From: Vicugna vicugna
Taxonomy: Eukaryota
Direction: 5' to 3'
Assembly: GCA_013265495.1 (NCBI GenBank)
Contig: MU058221.1
Span: 2,480,001-2,544,000, forward strand
Length of the DNA stretch: 64,000 bases
Shown one piece after another: positions 13,640 to 27,416 of this stretch. The translations under genes were made by a program, and so were the position numbers. Position 1 is the stretch's first letter. Each line of letters starts with the position of its first letter. The notes under the pieces are model-generated. The model made no database searches. It was given only the letters and a program-made list of their open reading frames with translations, and was not told the DNA's origin.

Positions 13640-13850
13640 GGTCTTTTTCTTTTTCCTTTTTTCCATTAAAGTCTGATCAGTTTACAATATTGTGTCAGTT
13701 TCTGTTGTACAGCATAATAGTTCAGTCATACATTTATGTACATATATTCCTTTTCATATTCTTTTTCATTATAGGTTACTATAAGATATTGAATATAGTT
13801 CCCTGTGCTACACAGAAGAAACTTGTTTATCTATTTTATATATAGTAGTC
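13640..13850 (-). mobile_element. L1 3'UTR tail
   Basis: Homologous to 9900-10100 (aggttactataagatattgaatatagttccctgtgctacacag). Confidence 0.85.
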
Positions 13851-14029
13851 CTAAGTGAATCACATAGATCTGTCTTCTCCTCCAGCGTCCACACTCTTGG
13901 ATGTGGTCAAATCCACATCCTAGCAATCAGCAACATGATTAACTGCAACTTGCATTCTAAATTTTATTTGCATCCAAACAGCAAGACAGGAACCCCAAGA
14001 GGCAGTAATCCTTTCTGTGGTAAAGCTTA

Positions 14030-14220
14030 GCGGTGGGTGTCATATCCAGTTGTACAGGTTGTACACTGCACAAGGTTAGGGTGTATCAGGCACACCGTAA
14101 ATACTAGAGATTCGTGGATTTATCGTGACGGTTTTCCTAAAGTGTCTTTTTCTAGGAATCCAACATTTCATAACACGTTTCTAATAGTTGTAAGTAAAGT
14201 GATGTGCTGTATGGGCCAGC
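14030..14220. mobile_element. hAT-type MITE remnant (MER91-like)
   Basis: Motif cagttgtacaggttgtacactgcacaagg recalled from the MER91 family. Confidence 0.35.
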
Positions 14221-14415
14221 TGAAAGAACACATTTCTCTCACTTTAGAGTTTTACTGCTCTTCCTGTGAGCCCTGTATGTGAGCTCTTCCTACTTTGGGC
14301 AGAGTGGTGGTCCACTCTTCTTAGACTGAAGTGAGCAAAACTTCCTTGTGAAAATCTTTGATGGAGAATCTTCAGGTTATTTCTATATGTGGGAAGCTAT
14401 TCCTAAATAAAAGTA

Positions 14416-15133
14416 TATATCCAGAAAGAACCTTAATTCAGAAAGACACCCACACCCCAATGTTCATAGCAGCACTATTTACAATAGCCAGGACATGGAA
14501 ACAGCCTAACTGTCCATCGACAGATGACTGGATAAAGAAGTTGTGGTATATTTATACAATGGAATACTACTCAGTCATAAAAATTGACAAGATAACGTCA
14601 TTTGCAGCAACATGGATGTCCCTGGAGAATGTCATTCTAAAATTCTAAGTGAGCCAGAAAGAGAAAGAAAAATACCATATGAGATTGCTCATGTGTGGAA
14701 TGTTAAAAAAAAAAGACAAATGAACTTAAATATAAAACAGAAACAGACTCACAGACATAGAATACAAACTTGTGGTTGCCAGGGGCAAGGGGCATGAGAA
14801 GGGACAGACTGGGATTTTGAGATTTGTTGATACTGACAGGTATATATAGAATAAATAAACAAGATTATACTGTGTAGCACAGGAAGATATATACAAGATC
14901 TTATGGTAGCTCACAGAGAAAAAAATGTGACAATGAATATATACATGTTCATGTATAACTGAAAATTTGTGCTCCACACTGGAATTTGATACATTGTAAA
15001 ATGATTATAAATCAATAAAAAATGTTAAAAAAAGAATATGAAAATGAATCTATGTATATTCATGTATGACTGAAAAACTGTGCTGTACCCCAGAAATTGA
15101 CACAACATTGTAAACTGACTATAACTCAATAAA

Positions 15134-15173
<40 letters not shown>

Positions 15174-15223
15174 AAAGAAACAGATGCAAGTAGACGGAAT
15201 ATTTTAAAAAAAGAAAGTATTAT
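14416..15223 (+). mobile_element. 5'-truncated L1 with a doubled 3' tail and (TAAA)n
   Basis: ORF 14358..14648 includes [53 protein letters not shown] (L1 ORF2 C-terminus). Flanking repeat ctattcctaaat(g)aaaagta at 14397-14415 / 15224-15243. Confidence 0.9.
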
Positions 15224-16829
15224 CTATTCCTAAATGAAAAGTAAATTCAGTGCCTGAAAAGTCAACTCAATTTGTTCAGCCTGTGCCGGCAGAGCCCCGT
15301 TCTTAGGGAAGTGGAGCAGGGTCCCCGGACGTACAGCAGCACAAAGCAGAATGCAGCTCAGACCTTCACTGAGCGTCCGGGAATGTGGGTGGGGTGGTGG
15401 AGTTCACAGACGGCGGAGGTGATGGTGTGTGCCCTGGAGGGGCTGAGGTAGACTTGATCAGGGAGGGGCGAGTCTCACTGAGTCATCTGTGACACACAGA
15501 CCCTCCCTCAGTTTCCAGACCACCTTGGGGGGAGCCCTGAAACTGCTCCACACGTGGTTCTCCGTCTGAGGACTGCTTCCACTGGATCGTCTTCAGGGCA
15601 CGTTTCGCAGGCATCACGGCCACGGCCTGGAGGGACGGCAGTGGGAGTCAGTGTAGAGCCCGGATTCCCCCACCGAGTACGACGACACGCATTGAGTTGG
15701 ACAGGGCCGGCCTGCGGGGCCGGGGTGGGGCATCTGCTGTGGCTTCCCCGCTCCCTGGAGGCCGTCAGCGCTGAGACTGCTGTTAGCATCAGGATGGAGT
15801 CCACTGCTGCGGAGCAGGAGGTCAGTGGAGGAGGAGAAGGCTCTGACTGACGTCCGCTGAGTGGCGTTGAGTGTCCGCGCCTGAGCTGGCTGGGATGCAG
15901 GGTCTGAAACCCCATCTCGGCCTCTGTGCTGCCCCGGGAGATTCTCTAGCCGCTCCAGGTGTGGCTGGCTCAATGCCCAGTTAGACCTTCTCCATTCAGG
16001 CAAGAGCCCTGACTCCTGATTTCCGTGCCCGACAGTGTCTAGACACTGGGTAGCATTATACAGATTGGACCGGCCCATTCGAGGATGCTTTGCAGCTCAG
16101 ACATCATCCCTAACATTGACCCTATTTACTCCACCGCTCACTGAGTGTCAGGGTTCTGAGAAGGTGCAAGCAGACACCGGCGAGCGGGAGGGCTGGAGCT
16201 GCCCTGAGTGACTGAGGCTTGTGATGTCCGCAAAACTGCACCCTCTGCGGTCGCTTTGACCCTGCCTGGGTCTTGCCAGCCGCTGAGGGTGCGCTGAAGG
16301 TGGTCACGGGGCCGTGGGCTGCCTCGGGTAGTGGTCCGCCGTGCACTGCTCTTTGCCGTGGCCTTCCCTTCTCTCCCACGGGCTCCTGGCCCAGGAAGGG
16401 GCTGCATGGGGTCCGAAGTGCCCAGCGCTGCCCCTTGCCAGAAGGCTCGGCCCACCCAGGTTCCCTGTGGCTCCCACAGGACGGCCCTGAGACACACCGA
16501 AACCCAGAATCTCCTTTGCTACCATTTTGTCTCAAACAAGCCATATAATCGAACTCGTTAAACTTCACTTGTCTTCAGCGTCGTGTGGCAGAGAGAGGGG
16601 CTGAGCCACAATGTCGAAGACGCCGGCTTCAAGCTCCGTGCCTCAGCTGAGTTACTAGGTAACAAGCGACAAAGGATTCAATTCTTTGTCTTTACTGATA
16701 TTTCTCCCGGCTAAATGAGAGAGCTGATGGGAGCATTCAGTGAGATCAGGGCTGTGCACTTGGCTTGGAAGTCAAAAAGCCGTGTTTCTGTTACCTTGAA
16801 CCACAGTATCAGTATGTGGACAATCAGAA

Positions 16830-17070
16830 TAGTAACAGTGGCCAACTCTGGCGCCCTTAATACGCTCCAGGTGCTGTGCTGAGTACTTCTCACACTCTGT
16901 CTCTTTTAATCTTCGTTGTAACCTAGGGAGCTTGGTGGAGTTTTATTCCATTTTTATGGAGACTTCTAATAGTTGGCAATGTTTCCTAGTCTTCCAGTCC
17001 TCTGATAGAGCCAGTTTTCAAGTCTGGGCCCAGGCCTGAGCCCGTGCTCCTAACCATCTCACTATGCTAT
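16830..17070 (-). mobile_element. MIR
   Basis: ccaggtgctgtgctgagtacttc...tttaatcttc...ttattccattttt core pattern. Confidence 0.5.
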
Positions 17071-19934
17071 TTCTCAATAATAAAGCAATTAATACTACTA
17101 ATAATAAGAGTAATTAAACATCTACCTGAAAGATGAATGTTCTGTTAACCTGACAATGAAGGGAAATGATGGAGGGTTAACCGTCCGTGTGTATTTTGTA
17201 GAAATTGTTTCTGGGCCCTTAGCACTGACATTCCCAAGAACTTGACTGTCTGAATAGATCACATTTGCTGGTGTCCAGGGCTCTTTCTCTGCCTGGAGGC
17301 TCTGGAATGGACTGGTTAGGTCTTTTCTAGTCCTAACGATTCCTGGGAAGTGTTTTCACAAAGCAGAGGTTACATCTGTTTGTTTCCACTCATTGAAGAA
17401 AATTCACATCTTTGGTTCTTTGGTTTGGTTTAATTTGGTTTCAGAAGGGGACTTTTAAAGTAACGGCTGTGACCTCACTCACGTAAACCAATGGAAGAAG
17501 TCGAGGGAACCAAGACTCAGGAAGGGGCCAGGGGTTGGGAAACTGCTATCAGGTTCTCAGAGCAGGAAAGGTAAGTCACGTGTGCAGGAGAGCAGAGAGT
17601 GGAGCCATCCACCCCACACGTGGTGATATGCGCCATTCTGTCTATTTAGTGGAAATCCCCAGGGTTGAGGAAGAAGGCTTAATTAATAATTGGTAATTGA
17701 ATTAAGGATCTAAAGATATACACCTCACCTTTTGGGTTGCCTCTTTTCCTGATGTCCACCCAGGCGTTTCTTCCAAAATATCTAGGTGACCTTCATCACC
17801 TGCCCGGCCCAGTGCAGGTACTGGGCACCAGCTGTTGAAGGGCAGACCCTGTCTCTGCTCGTGGTGCTGAAGGTCTAATGTTTCACCCGAGCACCTGGTG
17901 GCACCACAGGGGCACCGTTCTAAACATTTGCAGTGTTTGCTTTCCAAACCTTGCTCAAATTGCTTGGCTTTATGTTAATTGTCCAAAGCAGGATGCAGTA
18001 GTTGCTTCTCGGTTCACATATAAATACAGCTCTCTGCACATGGCATAAGCACCCATAGAGTTAGCAGCAAATTAAGATGTCCATTTGCCAACTTTATTTC
18101 TGTGTATGTGCGGCAAGTGTCACTTCAGGTTTTGCTGGTCAAACGCACCTTGTAATGGGCATTGGTAATTTAACTCCTAGGGATGGATTGGTTACAGAAC
18201 CCCATAAAAGTTTATTGGCTTCTGCTTGCTGACTTAGGTTGTAGGTTCGAATGTACCTCAGAAATTAGCTTCACTCCGTTTAATGGCTTCATTGCAGAGC
18301 GGCTTTCATGTTCTCCGGCACTTTAATATATTTTTAACAGCAGTTTCTAGTTCTTGTGAGCTATTTCTATGTAGTAGGAGAGGCAGGTTGGCCCCGTTAA
18401 ATGGCCAAGATTTAAAAAAGAAAGTCCCTGAAATGGATTTCCCCTGTAGCGTCCAGGTGGTTGGGGACCTTTGCTGGTAATATGGCTAGAGATAACCCTT
18501 TGCATACTTCAGCAGCCACCTTCAGAGCTGTAAACAGATCACTGTGTTAGTCACTGCTTTTTCTAAGGGCGGATAAAGAGTGAGTGCTCATAGCCATTTG
18601 AAAATGATACTTATGGTTTACATAAAACCAAAGACAATTGATGTTGATGAAAACTTATAGCCATTTATTAGTAGGTATCAGTCATCAAATGAACCCAGTT
18701 TTCTCCCTGTGTCTAAGTAGGGTGCTTTAGACAGACTATGAACCACTTTGTGGTTCCCCAAGGTTTGTTACTACACCGACCACCCAGCTCTGCACAGCGT
18801 GGCGGCTAAGCTAACCACTTACTCTTCTGCTGTTGCACTGGAACCTTCAACTTCTTAAAAGGCGATTTTCAAGTAAGATGAATAATTTTTCTTTTAACTA
18901 TCAATACATGGTAATTTTGAAAAATATATACTAATATATAAATAGATACCAAAATATTAATAGTAATTATCTCCAGGTGGTAGGAATATGGGACTGTAAT
19001 GAATTAATTTTTTTTAAATATGTCTAGTTTTAGAATATATATATATATACATATATATATATAATATGCACTGTATACATATGTAGAGAGAGAGAGATCA
19101 TATTCCTCAATGCGTATTTTCACTTATTTTATACTGTGTATGACAAATTTTTAAATATTTTTGTTTTCCTATTCGTCCTGAATACAAGTTTTATTGGCTG
19201 CCGTGTTCCATTCTGTAGATTTCGCTATTAACCTGTTCCTCATCGTTAGGCTTAGGGATAGCTGCCCAGCTTTCGCGACTGTGACGATGCTTGTGTGGCG
19301 CAGTTCGGCGTGTCTGTTCCCTCCGCAAGCTCCGCAGCATCTGGGACTTTCAGCGCCATCCCTGCTCTCTTGGCAGCAAGGCCGTACGTTGTCCCCGCTA
19401 ATTATTAGCACGCCCTTTTAGCTCCAGCCTCCAGAAGGTTCTTAAGAACGAAAAATTCGGATCCTTTACAGAATTTTCAAAACCTAACGAAAAGACTGCC
19501 TAGCCTGTCCACAGCAACGATATTGACAAAATGTTTAAATTAGAGGCGTAATGACAGCCAACAGAAGTTCCGATGCTCCAGGCCTGCTTTATCTAACGTG
19601 CCCCATGAGAAAGGAATTTCCTTAGAAAGGAATTTCAGAATACCCGTTTGACGGGGGGCGGGGTGCGTGTGCGTAACTGCTGAATCGTTTTCTCGATCCC
19701 AGTAGAATGTCCTTATTGATTCGTATCTGTTTTCTGTTTTACTTGATGGTGGGGGGAGGTGGCGGGAAGAATTTAAAATCTATAAATCCCCAGACCGTTA
19801 GATATTATTTTGTTAAATACACTGAGAACTGGAAAGATTAGTTAGACATTCACCGTACTTTTGTGTGAATCGCATGTTAAGGGGCGAGCCTGAGCAGTCT
19901 TCAGTACGTATGCCATCCGCTCGTCACAGCAGAC

Positions 19935-20112
19935 TAGGTTTAAATTTATAATTTAAATTAAATCGAATTTAAAATTCCATTCCTTAGTCATTCTAGCCAC
20001 TTAAAAAGTGTTTTATGACCACATGTGGCTAATGGCTACCACATTGTTAGAGAAATTGCTACAGAATGTTATAGAACATTTCTATCATTGCAGAAAATTC
20101 TGCCGGGCAGCT
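19935..20112. mobile_element. MER3-like hAT-Charlie DNA transposon remnant
   Basis: ctagccac...cacatgtggctaatggctacc...tagaacatttctatcattgcagaaaattct. Confidence 0.65.
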
Positions 20113-21059
20113 CGACTATTTAACCTACAGTCTAACACTAATTCCTCTCTGCAGTCTCTGCTGAAGCATTTTTTCACAGCCGCAGAATGCCTTCCAGAGC
20201 AACCTGGCTTCTTGTAAGTTTGTGTGCGGACCTTTTAAAAGCAATGCATTATTGCATTCTTAAGCCACGCCTAGGATTACTGAAGCATATTGTAATGTCA
20301 CTGTGCTTAAATTATCCGCACGGGATGCGTAATTACCACCTCAGGTCTTTTAATATACATGTCCTTTAATTTTGCATTTTTCTTAAACATACCAATTTGC
20401 ACTTAACCATAAATAATAGAGTGCCGAGCTCATGCGTGTCAGTGAGAATCCCCTTCAGAAGTGAAAAACGGCCTGCGTAATACCAAGGAGTATTTGGAGA
20501 ACATCAAACCCCTTGACAGATGCTTGCTGCCACAAGGAGTTATTTTCTTCTGCTCGTAGCTCAAATAGGATCAGCTGCATTTTGCTTTTGAACGATATTG
20601 GAGGAGAAGGTTACAGCAACGTGATTTGCAAATCGCAACTGCATTTCGCAGATTACCTCTTTCCCTAAATTAGTCCAAACACTTAACCTGGATCCGGCTA
20701 CCAGGCCTGCCAGTATCAGTAGCTGTACGTTCGCCAACCCCACAAGAAGGCGTTTGCCTCGGCTCCAGGTGAAAACGCGTCGGAAGTTGTCTGATGCCCT
20801 GACACCCACCTCTTTCCCACTTGATTTTGACTCCGTCCACTGGCAACAGAAATGTTTGTCCAGAAGGTGTGGTTTTAGTGGCTTGGTTGCCCAACAGCAT
20901 CTTCATTGTTGGTTGATGCCGGCAATGCCGTCGATTTCCATTTCTTGAACTTTTCTTCCTATTAACATGAGGATGTCTCTGGAGTAGACTGATATCATTC
21001 ACAGAAGATGGCATTTCAGCGGGAACTTGAAGGATACATGTTGTTTTTCTAAATAGAAA

Positions 21060-21515
21060 TTAGGAAGAGAGGACAGAGAGGCAAGAAGAGCATTCTGCGT
21101 GGAGGAAAGACATGTGCAAAGACCCAGTGATCTCTCTGGGGGACAGCAACTTCTGTGGAACTCGAGGCGTGAAGAGGACAGCTCTGAAAACGAAATTAAA
21201 GAAATAACTCAAAGACGCATTAAGAAGGGCCCTGATTGCATTTATAAGGCTTTGGGGCTTTCGTTTATAAATAGAAAGGGCGTTGTAAGAGTTTCAGCAG
21301 AGGAGCACCATGAAAACATTGTACATGTGAAAGGTTTCTCCTGCAACAGTACGAAGGAGAGATGGGAGAAGAGTGGTTCTGAAGGAAGGGGTGCCAGTTA
21401 GGCATTTGCCGGTAAAACCAGAGCAAGAGATTTCAAAGGTCGGAACACAGATGCTGGCCATGGATTGGAAGTGGGAAAATGCACAGGGATTCAGGAGACA
21501 TTTGGAAGTTACCCA
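21060..21515 (-). mobile_element. L2 fragment
   Basis: Purine-rich degenerate L2 pattern (catgtgcaaagacc...gattcaggagacatttgga). Confidence 0.5.
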
Positions 21516-23539
21516 GCCTTCCCTCTTCACGTGTTTGAATAGACGTGCTTCAGAGTCCAGTCGCTGAGCCCTTTCCCAGACGTGCACAGTGGCACAGAGC
21601 ATCCTTCTCTTCCTACAGGTGGGTTGACCCCTGCCCCCGCCTCCCTTCCCCAGCCCAGCCGGCAATAGGATTCTGCGCTGGGCCCTACCTTTCCTCCCGC
21701 GCGTGCCTGGTCCCCTCCGCAGGTACAGAGGCTTCTAGCAGGCGGAGACCTCGGGGACCTCCCTCTAGCATCCTCTAGGGACACAGGTAACAGTTGATAT
21801 GATAAGTCTGAGATTGTGCTTCCCAAATCTGACAGATCAGATGGGAGCTTTTGAGAAATTAAGGCTCTTTGTTCCCAGTTTTGGTGCTTTGGATTGAGCG
21901 GCTCTAGGAGGGGGTCTGGTTTTTTGTTTTGCTTTTTATAAACTTTCAGCTGATTCTGATGGCCAGCCTGGTCTTTTAAACTCTGGGCAGAGTTCCTAAT
22001 TCTGACTCTGATCTTGTCCGACCCTGTGGTATCCATCAAGGCGCTGAACTTTCAGGGTCTCAAATGTCCTCATTTGAGAAATCACAGTATTGAGGGAGGA
22101 GGTGCCAAGGCTGCATCCATCCGTCACGGGGCTATACCTCAATGAGGATGCTTCCGGGGACGTAACTAACCCCTCATCCTGGGAGCTGAGTGTGTATTAC
22201 TGTCTTTTCCTGAAGGTATTGCCCTGCAGGCCTTCGTGCCGGGGTCCCTGCCACACTCCCTGGCGGGGGCGGTCCTCCTGCCTGGGGATTCTCCCTGTGC
22301 GGGGGCTGGATGGGCACACGGCCGGGAGAACTGATGTCTGATGCCGTTGCCCACAGACACACGTGGTTGAGGGGCCTCAGCGCAGCACAGATGGTGGTAG
22401 GTGGCCAAGGGTGTGTAGGGGGGCCCTTCAGAAGCCCGTGGGCCAACATCAGCTGTGCCCCTGCCTCTTGCCAGCTTTTCGCCCACGGCGCCTCCTTGGT
22501 TGGTGCCTGGCCCACGCCTCAGGTGTGCTACCAGCCCGGTGACTCATCGCGCAGTTTTGCTGTGCCCTCCTCTTCGATCGGGAGCTAGTCGGCATTCTCC
22601 TGTGCCAGCTCGACAGCCAGCTCCTTCTTATTAACCACTGCAGATAAAGAGTCACTGATGCTTAGTATTAAAAAAAATTTTTTTTAAATCTGTTTTGCCT
22701 TCCTGACTGTAATTCAGGGGAAAAGTTTCTCACGTTGCTGTTGGTGCTGAACTGGGCTGCAAAGTAAAGCGACGGATGGAACACTGATCCGAAATGAGGG
22801 ACCCAGGGGCCCAACGCCCCAGTAAGGGCAGGATCCTGCCACCTGCTCCCAGAACAGAGCAGGGTCTTCCTACCCCTCTGGATGTCCTGCCTTCTGAACG
22901 GCAGTGCTCCGCTGGGATTCTGCAAGACGGTTAAGATGCCTTGAGGCATCCATCGTGTGTAAGGGGTTCGCGTCTCCTGATGACTCTATATGAGTGAGTC
23001 AGCTTCTTTTTTGTTATGTTCCCTGCTACCATCCCTGGGAGAATGGAGAGTCGCTCAAATCTCTATGTGTTCTGAGGATCAAGGAGGAACCCAGCTGAGG
23101 CAGAGCTCTGTCTGGGCCCCCAGGGCCCTGAGGGACACCACCTTAGGCCACTGTTCTCTGAGGGCTAGAGTCCTGCCTTCATCCACGCTCCTGGACTGAT
23201 CCTCCCGACAGCACCCTGTCCTCTCCATCCCTCCTTCTCCCCCCCCCGACATACTCACCCCAGCCTCTCCCCACGAGTTCTCTGAGGACGTACCATTCTC
23301 AGAGGATGCCCCGTGCAGGGAGGGGGAGACCTTTAATAAATCTGTTAAACCCTCTGAACAGCAGTCCCAGAATACGGGAGGTATAGCAGGGTGGAGAGTA
23401 GAAAGAGGGGTGAAAAACTAAAAGGAAGGACTGAGAAACAGGATGGAGAGCAAGACCGGCTTATACTGACAAAGAGCCAAATGCTGGCCCCAGTATGTGA
23501 CGCCCTTCCTGCCCAGCGGCCGAACTGGGCTTGGCCTGG

Positions 23540-23900
23540 TGTCACTCTCATACTGGGAACACTGCTGGCATCTGAGGCTGTAATGCCTGGGCAGAAGCGG
23601 CCCCTGCCCTCGTGGGGCTTGCAGTCTCGTAGGGACACACAGGCACCCTTACCGATGACCAGGTGTGCTGGGGGGAGAGTTCCAGCTGCTGTGAGGCCAG
23701 ACGGCAGGGTTCCTGGGCTAGTCTGGGGAACCTGGAAGAGCCTTCCTGAGAAAGGTGCATTTGAGGAGCGACCAGAAGGAAGAGCAGATACACACTAGAC
23801 CCAAGGACCAAGGTAGGAGCTGAAATATTCCCAGGGAAGTGAACAGGACACTGAGTAAGTGGGTTTTTCAGGGAGAGGCCAAGAGGGGTTGGAGGGAGGG
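23540..23900 (-). mobile_element. L2 3' fragment
   Basis: cccctgccctcgtggggcttgcagtct is a typical antisense L2 3' motif. Confidence 0.5.
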
Positions 23901-26900
23901 CAAGGTTGCTGCGTCTTCCGTTTCCTCTCGTGGTCGGAAGGAATGTACCAAATGGAGGCTGCCTTGATGATGCTCATCGAACCCAGGTAAACGAGGAACT
24001 GAGTTTATGCTTGGAAGTGGCTGCTCTGGAAAACGGGCAGGAGGCCAGCGTCTGGGCAAAGCTGTAACCCACAGAGCCCAGCTCCTGCTTCTCTGGAAAA
24101 GTCTACCCCAGCGAGAGTTGGAGTGGCTGCTGCTGCCCTGAGGATGGCACCCAGGCCAGGCCCAGTAATCCTGATGGCCCTGGACCCCAACTGCAAGCAA
24201 GCACAGATGGGCACAATTTTCAAGCAAAATTACAGCCCGAGAATGGAAAGTGGAGGGGTGGGTGTCGAATGCTATCAGTTCTAAAGAGATCTGTGCCTCC
24301 TTTTGTAGTGTTTTAAAATCCGCAGACCTGTTCTACATCTATTTTTATGTCATTTGATGGCTACACACCATCTCCCTTTTACAGGAGATAGAACCATGTT
24401 ACAGAGAAATTAAATGACTTATCAGAGTTCGCAGCCCATACATCGGCTTTCCTGTTTTCCTTGCTAATTCTTATTCAGGACTGAGCCTCTAATGAGGACC
24501 CAGACCTTCCATCTGGAGGAAAATGGCAAGAAAAGGGAAATCAGAAAACTCAGAAAGACAAATTGAAGACGAGCTTTGGTCTAATTTCTTACACGTTTTT
24601 CTCCCATCTCGGCTCCTATGTAATGAAAATTTATATTCTTCAGAATTATCCCATGCTGCCTTGTAAATCATGGGAGAAAGATTTAATTTAGCTCACGCCC
24701 ATTAGGGGTGTTTTATTGCACTCTGAATCATGGGTATGGGTGCATATGACAACTCTGAGGAGGCTAGACCATCACAATAAAAAGAAAAATCAGTGTTTCA
24801 GCTTTTTTATGTAAACTGGTGACCACTGCACTAGTCCCACGCCAGAAATTGATAAAACACACCCGGAAGCCATCCAGGTGTTGGAAATGCCGGGGGCTCC
24901 TTGACTCGCCTGCAACCCTTTGTTGAAAATGAGGACTCCTCTAGCCCATCGTTCAAGCAGGAGAGGCCCCGGGAGCACGCGGTCTGTGTGTTTCCAGGCA
25001 GCAGTGGGAGAGCTCGCTCTCTCCTAACACAGCAAGATTTTCGTGACTGTCACGTACCATGAAGGCTTGACAGAGTGCGTCGTCCCTTTTGCTGCTGGAA
25101 CCTGGGGCTTTATATTCAAAGCACACCTGAGTTTTAATTGCCTAACTGCTCCCACAATTAGTTCTTCCTTGAAAAAGTGTATCGTTCTCTATCATTCAGA
25201 CAAAACAAGAAAGTAATTGTTTTCATCGAACACAAGCCCAACAGATTTAACTATGAAATTTCTCTACTCGCGTCAGAAACAGAAATATGTTTATTTATAA
25301 GGACCATTTACAGTCTGACTACGAAATGGTCCTTCTACTGTGAACTGCAAAATTCCGAGTACTCTTCCCTCCGGCGATACGGCGCAGATTGATGGTTTTT
25401 CCACTCATTCTTGTTAATATTAATGTATTATGATTAAGCTATTTTTAAAAACTAAATCAGAAGGTTCTTGTAAATTATTTTTGTATCTTGAAATGCCTCT
25501 AGAATTTTCTTCGAGTGCTGCAGGCGCCATCCGTGTCTGAATTCCAGCAACCAAGGTGGCTTTGACAAACTTAGCTTAGCAAGAGCCCCCACCTAAGAAA
25601 TCAGGGATTGTAGACAAGGGGCTACAACCAGGGCCATAAACCGGGGGTCATAAAGCTGACTACAAGGGGAACAAGTGCAGGTGCTTATTTGGCTAATACA
25701 GTTTTTATTTAGATATGAAGGTGAACTCCTCAGGGGAAACGGTTCCCTTTTTGCCGCAGGCTCCACCGTTCCCTATTGTTCCCATTTGCCTTGTCGCCCC
25801 TTTATGCTTCCTGCTTGGACACCGGAGTTTGTGATTCTTGTACTTTTGTTGCTGTTGTTATTAAGTTCAAACTACACTAAAACCCTAGTTTTGTGTCCTA
25901 AACATTGCTTTGGATGATACAAAAGAGAAGAGTTAGCGATTTCTCCCGGTATCTCAAGACCATTGGGGGAGTACGGAGCTTGACCATCTCTCCAACTTGG
26001 CGAGGAAGGAACCGGTCATCTTTTGCGTGATCAACTGTGGGCCGCCAGCCTGTGAAATAACTCACCCAAGCTCCAACCGCAGTGAAGACATTTGCGGGGG
26101 AGGGGGTGGGGGACACGGAAATTTAATAAAATTTAGCTGATGTCTTCACAGGGCCCTTGGTGGTTTGCTTTGGCATGTCACAGACTCTCCAAGTCACTGT
26201 TTTTGAGTCTGATGAGAATTGGGTATGTGAGAAAGTGTACCACAATTTTCTTGGGTGATACACTTTTTAACTCAGGTAATTCCAGCCTTTGACAACTCAG
26301 TTTTGCCTATGACGTAACAGGTTTTCATGGCGGGGACTTCCTTAAGACAGTATAATTTACAAAGACTCAAACAAAATATGGAGGGAGTATGTTTACATGA
26401 CCACGGTTCATTCTGCTTACCAAAGGGCTGAATAATTAAACGCCAGCCCCCCTGGTATATTGAGATGGTTGTTAATGAGACTTTTGGCAGTTTGAGAATT
26501 GGAGTGAGTGGTTAAGTAGAGGGCACAGATACGCACATGCAAGCTACTGCCAGGAAAAGTTTTCTTTGAAAATATGAGGTGCCCTCCCCCGAGAAACACA
26601 AACTCATAATTAGACGCAGGTTCTCAGCCCCAGTCTGTCCTGTAACGTCCAGTGCCCCTCTAGGGACAGAGATTTCAATGTGATGGAAAGCATAACTCTA
26701 CAGAAATGAGTTTGTATCCAACAGCAAGAACTGCTCTCCAGTCCCCCTTTGCCCGTGTAAGTCTGACAACTGTGTGTTTAGAGTTCACAGTGGTGATGGT
26801 GCGTGTGGGATGTGTGTATGTTTACACTGAGGTTGGGAAGGGCCTCCAGTTAGTTAGATCCGATCATATAAAGTCGTGATGAGAAGGGTCTTCCAAACAC

Positions 26901-27121
26901 CAGTTATAAGACAACAGGCAAGTTTCTTTATCCTCAGAGCATCACTTTTCTTTTATATAAAATGGTGATATGAGGATGACTGTCTCAGAGGGTTGTCTCG
27001 AGAGGTAAATAACCCAGGTCTGAATAGTAAACACTAAGTAAATATCTGGGAGAAAATCACATTTAAGGATTGGATTAAAATAGAACGGTTTAAAGCCTTG
27101 GAGGGTCTCATCTGGCAAATG

Positions 27122-27416
27122 TTTTATTTTTATTCATTTGTTTTTGTTGAAGTATAGTCAATTACATTGTGTCGATGTCCGGTGTACAGCACAATGTTTC
27201 AGTCATGCATGCACATACATGTATTCATTTTCATATTCTTTTTCAGTACAGGTTACTACAAGATGTTGAATATGGTTCCCAGTGCTCTACAGAAGAGATT
27301 ATTTATCAATTTTTATATACTACTTAATATTTTCAAATCTTGCACTTAATGGGGATTGAACCCTGGACCTTGTGCATACCAGTCACAGGCTCTACCACCG
27401 AGCTCTACCCCCGACC
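27122..27416 (-). mobile_element. Chimeric retroelement: tRNA-SINE head fused to an L1 3'UTR tail
   Basis: SINE A/B-box head at about 27348-27416 joins L1 tail at about 27122-27345. One perfect TSD ctggcaaatg (27112-27121 / 27417-27426). Confidence 0.8.

Noticed and set aside
17851..17871. REST/RE1-like site gtctctgctcgtggtgctgaa (17/21 match to consensus)
   Set aside because: One half is perfect, but the critical CTGTCC half is broken, so binding is not supportable from sequence.
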